A stretch of 64,000 nucleotides of DNA. Source: Eukaryota sp. TZLM1-RC. Lineage: Eukaryota; Protista; Metamonada: BaSk clade. How positions within the stretch are numbered: position 1 is the first letter of the stretch; each line of letters begins with the position of its first letter. The notes beneath the pieces were generated by a model. It was not told where the DNA came from, made no database searches, and saw nothing but the letters and a program-made list of their open reading frames with translations. The translations under genes and the position numbers were made by a program. Shown in pieces: positions 38,033 to 52,113 of this stretch. The DNA is taken from assembly GCA_040285825.1 (NCBI GenBank), contig JAUPSS010000004.1:1-64000 (forward strand), given 5' to 3'.

Positions 38033-38656
38033 CCAAAAAAAATCATTCAACCACCAGTCTTGACCCAAGCATCACCAAATTGCTATTTTGTACAGGATTT
38101 CCGCGAATATCTGTGTGAAACAGCAACGCCAATGGCAAGGGTGCCGACACAGGAAGAAATCAGCAATCCCGACTTCCGTCCGAGAACTATACTAGACCAA
38201 CTGCTGATATATGGAGATCGCCGAGTCCTGCACCGCAACAAGTTTGATTTCTTTATAAGAAGGCAAAAAAGAATAATGGGATTTATTGAAAAAATTAAAC
38301 TAATGGCTAACGGAAGAGAAACCATAATTTGGTTTGGTAGTGGAGGTGACGGGCCATCAAGACAATCTTTCAAAACCCCAAGAAAGCGGTTTTTGAAGGA
38401 GATTCAGAAACATTTTACATACGTGAAACCTAATGGAGATGAACTCTACACATCTGCCAAAACGAATTGCTGTAAGGTATTCAATCAAAAGTTGTATCAC
38501 AATGATGGGAGGGTGAACAATGATAAGTTTGTATGCCCTCAATGTCAGACACTCTGGTCGAGGGACATCTCCGCTTCCAGAAACCAACTGGAGATTGCCA
38601 TAAGTGAGCACTACCACAATGAAAGACCTGAGGCGTTCCGGAGACCCCATAGATAA
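38033..38656 (+). pseudogene. Fanzor1/TnpB-like RNA-guided nuclease, C-terminal half (RuvC-II, zinc finger, RuvC-III)
   Basis: F....QK...I.FG...P...DE.YTS....C...CPQC...WSRDISASRN...RPEAF.R. RuvC-I aspartate region absent. The first ~40 codons of track ORF 37913-38656 overlap the putative MULE end. Confidence 0.8.
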
Positions 38657-38875
38657 GTGTCATTCCATGTATTGTGTACCTGTACGCATATTATGATGTT
38701 GCTGCTTTAACTATCATTTGATCATGATATCATATAATGATGGATCTAGAGTATGCTTAACGTCTATCAAGATTGCATAACAAAAGCTAGAAATGCGTTT
38801 TGATAAAATTCACAATACTACTTGCGTTCGACTCATATACGCTACACTTACAACTCTGTGATATACCCAGATGAC

Positions 38876-40123
38876 ATGGCTTCTTCCTCTCTAAGAGTCC
38901 GTCCTGTCGACTATCACAAAAAGCTTGTTGTAATCACAGGTACAGAGGCTGCCAAAATAGCCCCTCTTTCATCATCTGTTCCTCTGTGTGCATCTTCCCT
39001 CTTAGGCATCGAAAAAGACGAACTTACTGAGATTCATTTAGATTCTCTAATCAAAGCTGAAGAACATGGTCAATCATCTTCTCAAGAGCTTGCCATCCCT
39101 ATCCCTAGTCTATCTATAGTCTCTCCCCCTGAACGAACTCTCTCTTTTCACCAACCCCTAACTTACATTCACCATGACTACACTTTTACACACACGATAA
39201 CTTATGACTTGGATGATGAAGATGCGGCCTATCTGTCCAAGTTAGCCACTCTTTCTGACATTGTTATTACTTTTGATGACTTTGAAAAAAGTATGGAAGC
39301 GCTTGAATTTAGCTATCTAGAGAATCCAAATATTTCCCACGCACAGCAAGAAGAAATTATTTCAAATATCTTACCAAAAAGTTTGGGCTTTTATGATTTT
39401 ATTATTGATTATTGGAAGGAAAAACGAATCAGCAGAGATAATTACCTCTTTCCTTGTATGCGACCACCACCTGCCGTCAGTGACACGTCACCACTGATCC
39501 CCTTTAGAAAAATTTCAGAAAACGATAGGAAAAAAAGACGAAAGTATAGTTCAATACACTCCAAGTATCTAAGATTAGTCTCACTTTTAAAACAGCTTTC
39601 TTGGTTGCAGAAGGTGGTTTCCCTGCAAATGGAGAAGTCCTTAGAAGTTCTGAGACTAGAGGAGACTGTATTTGAGAATTTTATCAAGAGAATTGATAGA
39701 GTTTCCCCAAATATTCAAAGTTGCTTTAATTTAGTGGTTTTAATTAAAAAATTGTCTCAGTTGCCTCTGATTAGTGAATCTTGTCATAGTTTGCTGGCTA
39801 GTTGTGAAAATTTCCAATTACCTTTACCATTAACCACTGATAGTATTGGTAAACTCATATTGTCCAAAATTTCCCAACCAAATTTTAAAGCAAAGGAAGA
39901 TCCAATATGGTCAATTTTTCGGAAAAATCGTTTATTTTCCCAAAGTCTCTGTAGTTTTGCCTGTATTACTCAATTATTCAATCCTTCGAAAAAACTATTA
40001 GTTCATTGTACCAATGTCAATGGTTCAGTCGTCCGTAAAGTCTGTTACTTTAACTATATATCTTTGAAGAATCCCACGGAAAGGCTTAATTTATTAAAGT
40101 GCATTAGCAATAAAATTATGTAA
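38876..40123 (+). CDS. EPL1: Enhancer of polycomb-like protein (EPC/Epl1, NuA4 subunit)
   Basis: N-terminal S.R.RP.D.HKKL, G.EK.E..E.HL, IPIP, YDLDDED..YL, FEK.ME.LE, YW.EKR, P..PFR typical of the EPcA domain. Confidence 0.82.
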   Translation: MASSSLRVRPVDYHKKLVVITGTEAAKIAPLSSSVPLCASSLLGIEKDELTEIHLDSLIKAEEHGQSSSQELAIPIPSLSIVSPPERTLSFHQPLTYIHHDYTFTHTITYDLDDEDAAYLSKLATLSDIVITFDDFEKSMEALEFSYLENPNISHAQQEEIISNILPKSLGFYDFIIDYWKEKRISRDNYLFPCMRPPPAVSDTSPLIPFRKISENDRKKRRKYSSIHSKYLRLVSLLKQLSWLQKVVSLQMEKSLEVLRLEETVFENFIKRIDRVSPNIQSCFNLVVLIKKLSQLPLISESCHSLLASCENFQLPLPLTTDSIGKLILSKISQPNFKAKEDPIWSIFRKNRLFSQSLCSFACITQLFNPSKKLLVHCTNVNGSVVRKVCYFNYISLKNPTERLNLLKCISNKIM

Positions 40124-41870
40124 ACTTTTCAATTTCAATGATTCCAAACAAATTGTTTTGTTCATTTTATTCAAAAAATATCATGTATCTACCCCTATCT
40201 TTTTTTGATAGATGATTTCGTATTGTTCTTATTCTGGCCTAATGATTTTTGATGTCTCCTTTGATCAACCACTGTTATAGGGAACATGGTAATTGACAAA
40301 GTACGTGTTTGTATCCATTCTTATTAATACAATACTGATGTAAACATGGATTTCAACAGTCACAATTCTTTGCCAACAAGACACTTCTGGTCTCCAAATG
40401 AATGAAGGATTCTACAAATCATGTACATTTATTAGAACACGATATAATATGGTCGTTGGTAACAATAAGAAGGAGAAAAAAAATACGATTTACTCAGGCT
40501 CATATGAAGTTCCTAGTTTCGTATATTGACCAATGGTTGTTTATTACAATCATTGGTCAAATCTTTAAAGTCCATTTTGGGACAATTATTATAACAATTG
40601 TGGTGTTAAAGGCCGTGCTTTGATCATTTGATTAGTCATTGGTACGATTGTTGATTGGTCATTAGGTGAGTTGCATGTAGTCTTTATGTACTAGATGTGA
40701 TCAAATTGTGATCAAACTTTGTGTGAAATTGTGTGTGAATAATGTTGGCTATGTGTTACTTGGTCAATACATACTCATGATTACATTTTCAATTGATTTT
40801 ATATATATTTGAATCAATTGAGCTTAATTAATTTTTAAACATTAAATTGCAAGAATAATAAAAAAACAAAAAGTATACAATTGAATGTTGCAAACTAATA
40901 AAACCATTGCTGTAAGTGTAAGAGTATCGTTTTTGATACGATTTACTGAGGCTCATATGAAGTTCCTAGTTTCGTATATTGACCAATGGTTGTTTATTAC
41001 AATCATTGGTCAAATCTTTAAAGTCCATTTTGGGACAATTAATATAACAATTGTGGTGTTAAAGTCCGTGCTATGGTCATTTGAGTAGTCATTGGTATGA
41101 TTGGTTGAATGGTCATTGGTATGATTAGATGAGTTGCATGTAGTCCTTATGTACTAGATGTGATCAACTTGTGATCAAACTTTGTGTGAAATTGTGTGTC
41201 AGTAGTGTTGGCTATGTGTTACTTGATCAGTACAAACTCATGATTACATTTTCAATTGATTTTGTATATATTTGAATTAATTGAGTGTATTAATTTTTAA
41301 ACATTAAATTGTAAAAATAGTAAAAAATCAAAAAGTATACAATTGAATGTGGCAAACTAATAAAACCATTGCTGTAAGTGTAAGAGTATCGTTTTTGATA
41401 CGATTTACTGAGGCTCATATGAAGTTCCTAGTTTCGTATATTGACCAATGGTTGTTTATTACAATCATTGGTCAAATCTTTAAAGTCCATTTTGGGACAA
41501 TTAATATAACAATTGTGGTGTTAAAGTCCGTGCTATGGTCATTTGAGTAGTCATTGGTATGATTGGTTGAATGATCAGTGGTTTGATTAGGTGATTTGCA
41601 TGTAGTCTTTATGTACTAGATGTGATCAACTTGTGATCAAACTTTGTGTGAAATTGGGTGTGAATAATGTTGGCTATGTGTTACTTGATCAGTACAAACT
41701 CATGATTACATTTTCAATTGATTATATATATTTGAATTAATTGAGTTTATTAATTTTTAAACAATAAATTGTAAAAATAGTAAAAAAATCAAAAAGTATA
41801 CAGATGAATGTTGCAAACTAATAAAACCATTGCTGTAAGTGTAAGAGTATCGTTTTTGATACGATTTACT

Positions 41871-42411
41871 TTTATTGAAAATTAAGAAGAAACTACTTGA
41901 ACACTAAAAAAAATTACCTACCAACATTGACGATCTTCTCTTTTCTTTTGAAGAATATAATTAAAAGCACTGGACATTTAAAGCTATTCTTCAAAATGAT
42001 ACAACTAATTTCATCTGCTACCTCATTCCATCCAAATTGGACAAACAGTATTTTTGTTTTAGTGTAAAAACCCCCATGAACACTAAAACCAGAGGAACAA
42101 TTTGGTGAATTAAATTTAATTCTTTTAAAATTGAATATTTTGCAAGTTTATCAGAATAAGCTTTCGAAAAAGCATCACTCCAATTATTACCATAACCTCC
42201 CAAAATCAAAAGCAATTTTAGTTGACGTTTGAAAGCCATCAACACGTAACTGCTTATTTAAACCGAATTTAAATTCCTTTTCAGATTCAAAATTATTTAA
42301 TTCGTTAATAAAATTATTTACTTCGTCATGTCTTTGTGTAACCATTCTTGAGACTTTTCTACAATGAAACGAGTGATCTAAGCCAAGGTCTCCATAACCA
42401 CACAAAGGAAT
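41871..42411 (-). mobile_element. Family B copy (~550-bp class, frameshifted)
   Basis: TSD ATACGATTTACT 41859-41870 / 42412-42423. Confidence 0.92.
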
Positions 42412-43813
42412 ATACGATTTACTGAGGCTCATATGAAGTTCCTAGTTTCGTATATTGACCAATGGTTGTTTATTACAATCATTGGTCAAATCTTTAAAGT
42501 CCATTTTGGGACAATTAATATAACAATTGTGGTGTTAAAGTGACGTGCTATGATCATTTGAGTAGTCATTGGTATGATTGGTTGAATGGTCATTGGTATG
42601 ATTTGGTGAGTTGCATGTAGTCTTTATGTACTAGATGTGATCAAATTGTGATCAAACTTTGTGGGAAATTGTGTGTGAGTAATGTTGGCTATGTGTTACT
42701 TGGTTAAAACATACTCATGATTACATTTTCAATTGATTTTGTATATATTTGAATTAATTGAGTTTATTAATTTTTAAACATTAAATTGTAAAAATAGTGA
42801 AAAAATCAAAAAGTATACAGATGAATGTTGCAAACTAATGAAACCATTGTTGTAAGTGTAAGAGTATCGTTTTTGATACGATTTACTGAGGCTCATATGA
42901 AGTTCCTAGTTTCGTATATTGACCAATGGTTGTTTATTACAATCATTGGTCAAATCTTTAAAGTCCATTTTGGGACAATTAATATAACAATTGTGGTGTT
43001 AAAGTGACGTGCTATGATCATTTGAGTAGTCATTGGTATGATTGGTTGAATGGTCATTGGTATGATTTGGTGAGTTGCATGTAGTCTTTATGTACTAGAT
43101 GTGATCAAATTGTGATCAAACTTTGTGGGAAATTGTGTGTGAGTAATGTTGGCTATGTGTTACTTGGTTAAAACATACTCATGATTACATTTTCAATTGA
43201 TTTTGTATATATTTGAATTAATTGAGTTTATTAATTTTTAAACATTAAATTGTAAAAATAGTGAAAAATCAAAAAGTATACAGATGAATGTTGCAAACTA
43301 ATGAAACCATTGTTGTAAGTGTAAGAGTATCGTTTTTGATACGATTTACTGAGGCTCATATGAAGTTCCTAGTTTTCGTATATTGACCAATGGTTGTTTA
43401 TTACAATCATTGGTCAAATCTTTAAAGTCCATTTTGGGACAATTAATATAACAATTGTGGTGTTAAAGTGACGTGCTATGATCATTTGAGTAGTCATTGG
43501 TATGATTGGTTGAATGGTCATTGGTATGATTTGGTGAGTTGCATGTAGTCTTTATGTACTAGATGTGATCAAATTGTGATCAAACTTTGTGTGAAATTGG
43601 GTGTGAATAATGTTGGCTATGTGTTACTTGATCAGTACAAACTCATGATTACATTTTCAATTGATTATATATATTTGAATTAATTGAGTTTATTAATTTT
43701 TAAACAATAAATTGTAAAAATAGTAAAAAAATCAAAAAGTATACAGATGAATGTTGCAAACTAATAAAACCATTGCTGTAAGTGTTAGAGTATCGTTTTT
43801 GATACGATTTACT

Positions 43814-44362
43814 TTTATTGAAAATTAAGAAGAAACTACTTGAACACTAAAAAAATTACCTACCAACATTGACGATCTTCTCTTTTCTTTTGAAGAATAT
43901 AATTAAAAGCACTGTGACATTTAAAGCTATTCTTCAAAATGATACAACTAATTTCATCTGCTACCTCATTCCATCCAAATTGGACAAACAGTATTTTTGT
44001 TTTAGTGTAAAAACCCCCATGAACACTAAAAACCAGAGGAACAATTTGGTGAATTAAATTTAATTCTTTTAAATTGAATACTTTGCAATTTTATCAGAAT
44101 AAGCTTTCGAAAAAGCATCACTCCAATTATTACCATAACCTCCAACTATGGTAACATCAAAAGCAATTTTAGTTGACGTTTGAAAGCCATCAACACGTAA
44201 CTGCTTATTTAAACCGAATTTAAATTCCTTTTCAGATTCAAAATTATCTAATTCGTTAATAAAATTATTTACTTCGTCATGTCTTTGTGTAACCATTCTT
44301 GAGACTTTTCTACAATGAAACGAGTGATCTAAGCCAAGGTCTCCATAACCACACAAAGGAAT
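43814..44362 (-). mobile_element. Family B copy (~550-bp class)
   Basis: TSD 43802-43813 / 44363-44374. Confidence 0.92.
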
Positions 44363-44836
44363 ATACGATTTACTGAGGCTCATATAAAGTTCCTAGTTTC
44401 GTATATTGACCAATGGTTGTTTATTACAATCATTGGTCAAATCTTTAAAGTCCATTTTGGGACAATTAATATAACAATTGTGGTGTTAAAGTCCGTGCTA
44501 TGGTCATTTGAGTAGTCATTGGTATGATTGGTTGAATGGTCATTGGTATGATTAGGTGAGTTGCATGTAGTCTTTATGTACTAGATGTGATCAACTTGTG
44601 ATCAAACTTTGTGTGAAATTGGGTGTGAGTAATGTTGGCTATGTGTTACTTGGTCAATACAAACTCATGATTACATTTTCAATTGATTTTGTATAAATTT
44701 GAATTAATTGAGTTATTAATTTTTAAACATTAAATTGTAAAAATAGTAAAAAAATCAAAAAGTATACAGATGAATGTTGCAAACTAATAAGACCATTGCT
44801 GTAAGTGTAAGAGTATCGTTTTTGATACGATTTACT

Positions 44837-45379
44837 TTTATTGAAAATTAAGAAGAAACTACTTGAACACTAAAAAAAACTACCTACCAACATTGACGAT
44901 CTTCTCTTTTCTTTTGAAGAATATAATTAAAAGCACTGTGACATTTAAAGCTATTCTTCAAAATGATACAACTAATTTCATCTGCTACCTCATTCCATCC
45001 AAATTGGTCAAACAGTATTTTTGTTTTAGTGTAAAAACCCCCATGAACACTAAAAACGAGTAGAACAATTTGGTTAATTAAATTTAAAACTTTTAAAATT
45101 GAATATTTTGCAATTTTATCAGAATAAGCTTTCGAAAAAGCATCACACCAATTATTACCATAACCTCCCAAAATCAAAAGCAATTTTAGTTGACGTTTGA
45201 AAGCCATCAACACGTAACTGCTTATTTAAACCGAATTTAACTTCCTTTTCAGATTCAAAATTATTTAATTCGTTAATAAAATTATTTACTTCGTCATGTC
45301 TTTGTGTAACCATTCTTGAGACTTTTCTACAATGAAACGAGTGATCTAAGCCAAGGTCTCCATAACCACACAAAGGAAT
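44837..45379 (-). mobile_element. Family B copy (~550-bp class)
   Basis: TSD 44825-44836 / 45380-45391. Confidence 0.92.
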
Positions 45380-45855
45380 ATACGATTTACTGAGGCTCAT
45401 ATGAAGTTCCTAGTTTCGTATATTGACCAATGGTTGTTTATTACAATCATTGGTCAAATCTTTAAAGTCCATTTTGGGACAATTAATATAACAATTGTGG
45501 TGTTAAAGTGACGTGCTATGATCATTTGAGTAGTCATTGGTATGATTGGTTGAATGGTCATTGGTATGATTTGGTGAGTTGCATGTAGTCTTTATGTACT
45601 AGATGTGATCAAATTGTGATCAAACTTTGTGGGAAATTGTGTGTGAGTAATGTTGGCTATGTGTTACTTGATCAGTACAAACTCATAATTACATTTTCAA
45701 TTGATTTTGTATATATTTGAATTAATTGAGTTTATTAATTTTTAAACATTAAATTGTAAAAATAGTAAAAAAATCAAAAAGTATACAGATGAATGTTGCA
45801 AACTAATAAAACCATTGCTGTAAGTGTAAGAGTATCGTTTCTGATACGATTTACT

Positions 45856-46405
45856 TTTATTGAAAATTAAGAAGAAACTACTTGAACACTAAAAAAACTA
45901 CCTACCAACATTGACGATCTTCTCTTTTCTTTTGAAGAATATAATTAAAAGCACTGTGACATTTAAAGCTATTCTTCAAAATGAAACAACTAATTTCATC
46001 TGCTACCTCATTCCATCCAAATTGGTCAAACAGTATTTTTGTTTTAGTGTAAAAACCCCCATGAACACTAAAAACGAGTAGAACAATTTGGTTAATTAAA
46101 TTTAAATCTTTTAAAATTGAATATTTTGCAATTTTATCAGAATAAGCTTTCGAAAAAGCATCACTCCAATTATTACCATAACCTCCAACTATGGTAACAT
46201 CAAAAGCAATTTTAGTTGACGTTTGAAAGCCATCAACACGTAACTGCTTATTTAAACCGAATTTAAATTCCTTTTCAGATTCAAAATTATTTAATTCGTT
46301 AATAAAATTATTTACTTCGTCATGTCTTTGTGTAACCATTCTTGAGACTTTTCTACATTGAAAAGAGTGGTCTAAGCCAAGGTCTCCATGACCACACAAA
46401 GGAAT
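45856..46405 (-). mobile_element. Family B copy (550 bp)
   Basis: TSD 45844-45855 / 46406-46417; open frame 45902-46426. Confidence 0.92.
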
Positions 46406-49400
46406 ATACGATTTACTGAGGCTCATATGAAGTTCCTAGTTTCGTATATTGACCAATGGTTGTTTAATAACAATCATTGGTCAAATCTTTAAAGTCCATT
46501 TTGGGACACTTATTATAACAATTGTGGTGTTAAAGTCCGTGCTATGGTCATTTGAGTAGTCATTGGTATGATTAGTTCAATGGTCATTGGTATGATTAGA
46601 TGAGTTGCATGTAGTCTTTATGTACTAGATGTGATCAACTTGTGATCAAACTTTGTGTGAAATTGTGTGTGAGTAATGTTGGCTATGTGTTACTTGGTCA
46701 ATACATACTCATGATTGCTTTTTCAATTGATTTTGTATATATTTGAATTAATTGAGTTTATTAATTTTTAAATATTAAATTGTAAAAAAAGTAAAAAATC
46801 AAAAAGTATACAATTGAATGTTGTAAACTAATAGAACTATTGCTGTAAGTGTAAGAGTATCGTTTTTGATACGATTTACTGGGGCTCATATGAAGTTCCT
46901 AGTTTCGTTTATTGACCAATGGTTGTTTAATAACAATCATTGGTCAAATCTTTAAAGTCCATTTTGGGACACTTAATATAACAATTGTGGTGTTAAAGAC
47001 CGTGCTATGGTCATTTGAGTAGTCATTGGTATGATTAGTTCAATGGTCATTGGTATGATTAGATGAGTTGCATGTAGTCATTATGTACTAGATGTGATCA
47101 ACTTGTGATCAAACTTTGTGTGAAATTGTGTGTGAGTAATGTTGGCTATGTGTTACTTGGTCAATACATACTCATGATTACATTTTCAATTGATTTTGTA
47201 TATATTTGAATTAATTGAGTTTATTAATTTTTAAATATTAAATTGTAAAAAAAGTAAAAAATCAAAAAGTATACAATTGAATGTTGTAAACTAATAAGAC
47301 CATTGCTGTAAGTGTAAGAGTATCATTTTTGATACGATTTACTGGGGCTCATATGAAGTTCCTAGTTTCGTTTATTGACCAATGGGTTGTTTATTACAAT
47401 CATTTATCAAATGTTCAAAGTCCATTTTGGGACAATTAAATATAACAATTGTGGTGTTAAAGTCCGTGCTATGGTCATTTGAGTAGTCATTGGTGTGATT
47501 AGTTCAATGGTCATTGGTATGATTAGATGAGTTGCATGTAGTCTTTATGTACTAGATGTGATCAACTTGTGATCAAACTTTGTGTGAAATTGTGTGTGAG
47601 TAATGTTGGCTATGTGTTACTTGGTCAATACATACTCATGATTGCTTTTTCAATTGATTTTGTATATATTTGAATTAATTGAGTTTATTAATTTTTAAAT
47701 ATTAAATTGTAAAAAAAGTAAAAATCAAAAAGTATACAATTGAATGTTGTAAACTAATAGAACTATTGCTGTAAGTGTAAGAGTATCGTTTTTGATACGA
47801 TTTACTGGGGCTCATATGAAGTTCCTAGTTTCGTTTATTGACCAATGGTTGTTTAATAACAATCATTGGTCAAATCTTTAAAGTCCATTTTGGGACACTT
47901 AATATAACAATTGTGGTGTTAAAGACCGTGCTATGGTCATTTGAGTAGTCATTGGTATGATTAGTTCAATGGTCATTGGTATGATTAGATGAGTTGCATG
48001 TAGTCTTTATGTACTAGATGTGATCAACTTGTGATCAAACTTTGTGTGAAATTGTGTGTGAGTAATGTTGGCTATGTGTTACTTGGTCAATACATACTCA
48101 TGATTACATTTTCAATTGATTTTGTATATATTTGAATTAATTGAGTTTATTAATTTTTAAATATTAAATTGTAAAAAAAGTAAAAAATCAAAAAGTATAC
48201 AATTGAATGTTGTAAACTAATAAAACTATTGCTGTAAGTGTAAGAGTATCGTTTTTGATACGATTTACTGGGGCTCATATGAAGTTCCTAGTTTCGTTTA
48301 TTGACCAATGGGTTGTTTATTACAATCATTTATCAAATGTTCAAAGTCCATTTTGGGACAATTAAATATAACAATTGTGGTGTTAAAGACCGTGCTATGG
48401 TCATTTGAGTAGTCATTGGTATGATTAGTTCAATGGTCATTGGTATGATTAGATGAGTTGCATGTAGTCCTTATGTACTAGATGTGATCAACTTGTGATC
48501 GAACTTTGTGTGAAATTGTCTGTGAATAATGTTGGCTATGTGTTACTTGATCAGTACAAACTCATGATTACATTTTCAATTGAATTTGTATATATTTGAA
48601 TTAATTGAGTTTATTAATTTTTAAATATTAAATTGTAAAAAAAGTAAAAAATCAAAAAGTATACAATTGAATGTTGTAAACTAATAAAACTATTGCTGTA
48701 AGTGTAAGAGTATCGTTTTTGATACGATTTACTGGGGCTCATATGAAGTTCCTAGTTTCGTTTATTGACCAATGGTTGTTTAATAACAATCATTGGTCAA
48801 ATCTTTAAAGTCCATTTTGGGACACTTAATATAACAATTGTGGTGTTAAAGACCGTGCTATGGTCATTTGAGTAGTCATTGGTATGATTAGTTCAATGGT
48901 CATTGGTATGATTAGATGAGTTGCATGTAGTCTTTATGTACTAGATGTGATCAACTTGTGATCAAACTTTGTGTGAAATTGTGTGTGAGTAATGTTGGCT
49001 ATGTGTTACTTGGTCAATACATACTCATGATTACATTTTCAATTGATTTTGTATATATTTGAATTAATTGAGTTTATTAATTTTTAAATATTAAATTGTA
49101 AAAAGTAAAAAAATCAAAAAGTATACAATTGAATGTTGTAAACTAATAAAACTATTGCTGTAAGTGTAAGAGTATCGTTTTTGATACGATTTACTGGGGC
49201 TCATATGAAGTTCCTAGTTTCGTTTATTGACCAATGGGTTGTTTATTACAATCATTTATCAAATGTTCAAAGTCCATTTTGGGACAATTAAATATAACAA
49301 TTGTGGTGTTAAAGACCGTGCTATGGTCATTTGAGTAGTCATTGGTATGATTAGTTCAATGGTCATTGGTATGATTAGATGAGTTGCATGTAGTCTTTAT

Positions 49401-51050
49401 GTACTAGATGTGATCAACTTGTGATCAAACTTTGTGTGAAATTGTGTGTGAGTAATGTTGGCTATGTGTTACTTGGTCAATACATACTCTTGATTACATT
49501 TTCAATTGATTTTGTATATATTTGAATTAATTGAGTGTATTAATTTTTAAACATTAAATTGTAAAAAAAGTAAAAAATCAAAAAGTATACAATTGAATGT
49601 TGTAAACTAATAAAACCATTGCTGTAAGTGTAAGAGTATCGTTTTTGATACGATTTACTGAGGCTCATATGAAGTTCCTAGTTTCGTATATTGACCAATG
49701 GTTGTTTATTAACAATCATTGGTCAAATCTTTAAAGTCCATTTTGGGACACTTATTATAACAATTGTGGTGTTAAAGACCGTGCTATGGTCATTTGAGTA
49801 GTCATTGGTATGATTAGTTCAATGGTCATTGGTATGATTAGATGAGTTGCATGTAGTCCTTATGTACTAGATGTGATCAACTTGTGATCAAACTTTGTGT
49901 GAAATTGGGTGTGAGTAATGTTGACTATGTGTTACTTGGTCAATACAAACTCTTGATTACATTTTCAATTGATTTTGTATATATTTGAATTAATTGAGTG
50001 TATTAATTTTTAAACATTAAATTGTAAAAAAAGTAAAAAATCAAAAAGTATACAATTGAATGTTGTAAACTAATAAAACCATTGCTGTAAGTGTAAGAGT
50101 ATCGTTTTTGATACGATTTACTGAGGCTCATATGAAGTTCCTAGTTTCGTATATTGACCAATGGTTGTTTATTAACAATCATTGGTCAAATCTTTAAAGT
50201 CCATTTTGGGACACTTATTATAACAATTGTGGTGTTAAAGACCGTGCTATGGTCATTTGAGTAGTCATTGGTATGATTAGTTCAATGGTCATTGGTATGA
50301 TTAGATGAGTTGCATGTAGTCTTTATGTACTAGATGTGATCAACTTGTGATCAAACTTTGTGTGAAATTGTGTGTGAGTAATGTTTGCTATGTGTTACTT
50401 GGTCAATACATACTCATGATTGCATTTTCAATTGATTTTGTATATATTTGAATTAATTGAGTTTATTAATTTTTAAACATTAAATTGTAAAAATAGTAAA
50501 AAAATCAAAAAGTATACAGATGAATGTTGCAAACTAATAAAACCATTGCTGTAAGTGTAAGAGTATCGTTTTTGATACGATTTACTGAGGCTCATATGAA
50601 GTTCCTAGTTTCGTATATTGACCAATGGTTGTTTATTAACAATCATTGGTCAAATCTTTAAAGTCCATTTTGGGACATTTATTATAACAATTGTGGTGTT
50701 AAAGACCGTGCTATGGTCATTTGAGTAGTCATTGGTATGATTAGTTCAATGGTCATTGGTATGATTAGATGAGTTGCATGTAGTCTTTATGTACTAGATG
50801 TGATCAACTTGTGATCAAGCTTTGTGTGAAATTGTGTGTGAGTAATGTTTGCTATGTGTTACTTGGTCAATACATACTCATGATTGCATTTTCAATTGAT
50901 TTTGTATATATTTGAATTAATTGAGTTTATTAATTTTTAAACATTAAATTGTAAAAATAGTAAAAAAATCAAAAAGTATACAGATGAATGTTGCAAACTA
51001 ATAAGACCATTGCTGTAAGTGTAAGAGTATCGTTTTTGATACGATTTACT

Positions 51051-52113
51051 TTTATTGAAAATTAAAAAAAACTACTTGAACACTAAAAAAAATTACCTAC
51101 CAACATTGACGATCTTCTCTTTTCTTTTGAAGAATATAATTAAAAGCACTGTGACATTTAAAGCTATTCTTCAAAATGATACAACTAATTTCATCTGCTA
51201 CCTCATTCCATCCAAATTGGACAAACAGTATTTTTGTTTTAGTGTAAAAACCCTCATGAACACTAAAAACGAGAGGAACAATTTGGTGAATTAAATTTAA
51301 TTCTTTTAAAATTGAATATTTTGCAATTTTATCAGAATAAGCTTTCGAAAAAGCATCACTCCAATTATTACCATAACCTCCAACTATGGTAAAATCAAAA
51401 GCAATTTTAGTTGACGTTTGAAAGCCATCAACACGTAACTGCCTATTTAAACCAAATTTAAATTCCTTTTCAGATTCAAAATTATTTAATTCGTTAATAA
51501 AATTATTTACTTCGTCATGTCTTTGTGTAACCATTCTTGAGACTTTTCTACATTGAAACAAGTGATCTAAGCCTAGGTCTCCATGACCACACAAAGGACA
51601 TATCACAAATTGTTCTCCTTGAAGCAATCTCAGATTTATTAGGTATTTAAAGCAATCATCTGAGAACGTGAAATTTTGAGAAATAGGCAAAACTTTCAAA
51701 CAACAAGATGATTGAGTGCCACAATTTGAAATAAATTGTAGTCGTTCACATTCTGATAGTTTTTCTTTCAAACGACTCAATTTTTCCTTATAAAATAAAT
51801 GAGTGATTTGACGTTGGCAAATTTTAATTCGTTTGTCCCAGATTGAGTCAAAACCAGCAAAAGAAGGTGATAAAGCTGATAGTAAAACCCTATACTGATC
51901 ACTTGGAATTAAATTTGTTAAATCAAGATCACGTACAGCCAAGTATACAGAAACTGAATAGCAAATATGTGCAACTTGGCCCAGATGGAGAAACCCTAAT
52001 CCACCCAAAGAATGAGGCAAATAAATTAAATCTAAATTATTTGATTCTTCCAATCCTATTAAGTTGAAATAAGCAACAAATTCTGAAACCCAAAGATGAA
52101 AACCCATTCTGGT
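51051..52113 (-). mobile_element. Family B longest copy (1063 bp)
   Basis: TSD 51039-51050 / 52114-52125. Uninterrupted frame from LP...GGLG (post-RT) through CCHC and RLE. Confidence 0.93.

Noticed and set aside
40893-41040. Repeat unit as a spliced-leader RNA gene (AACTAA...GTAAGT donor, ATTTTGG Sm-like site), attractive because CRE elements target SL arrays
   Set aside because: The putative leader is among the most variable parts of the unit, and the GTAAGT segment is explained by continuity and pairing with the 28S 3' end.
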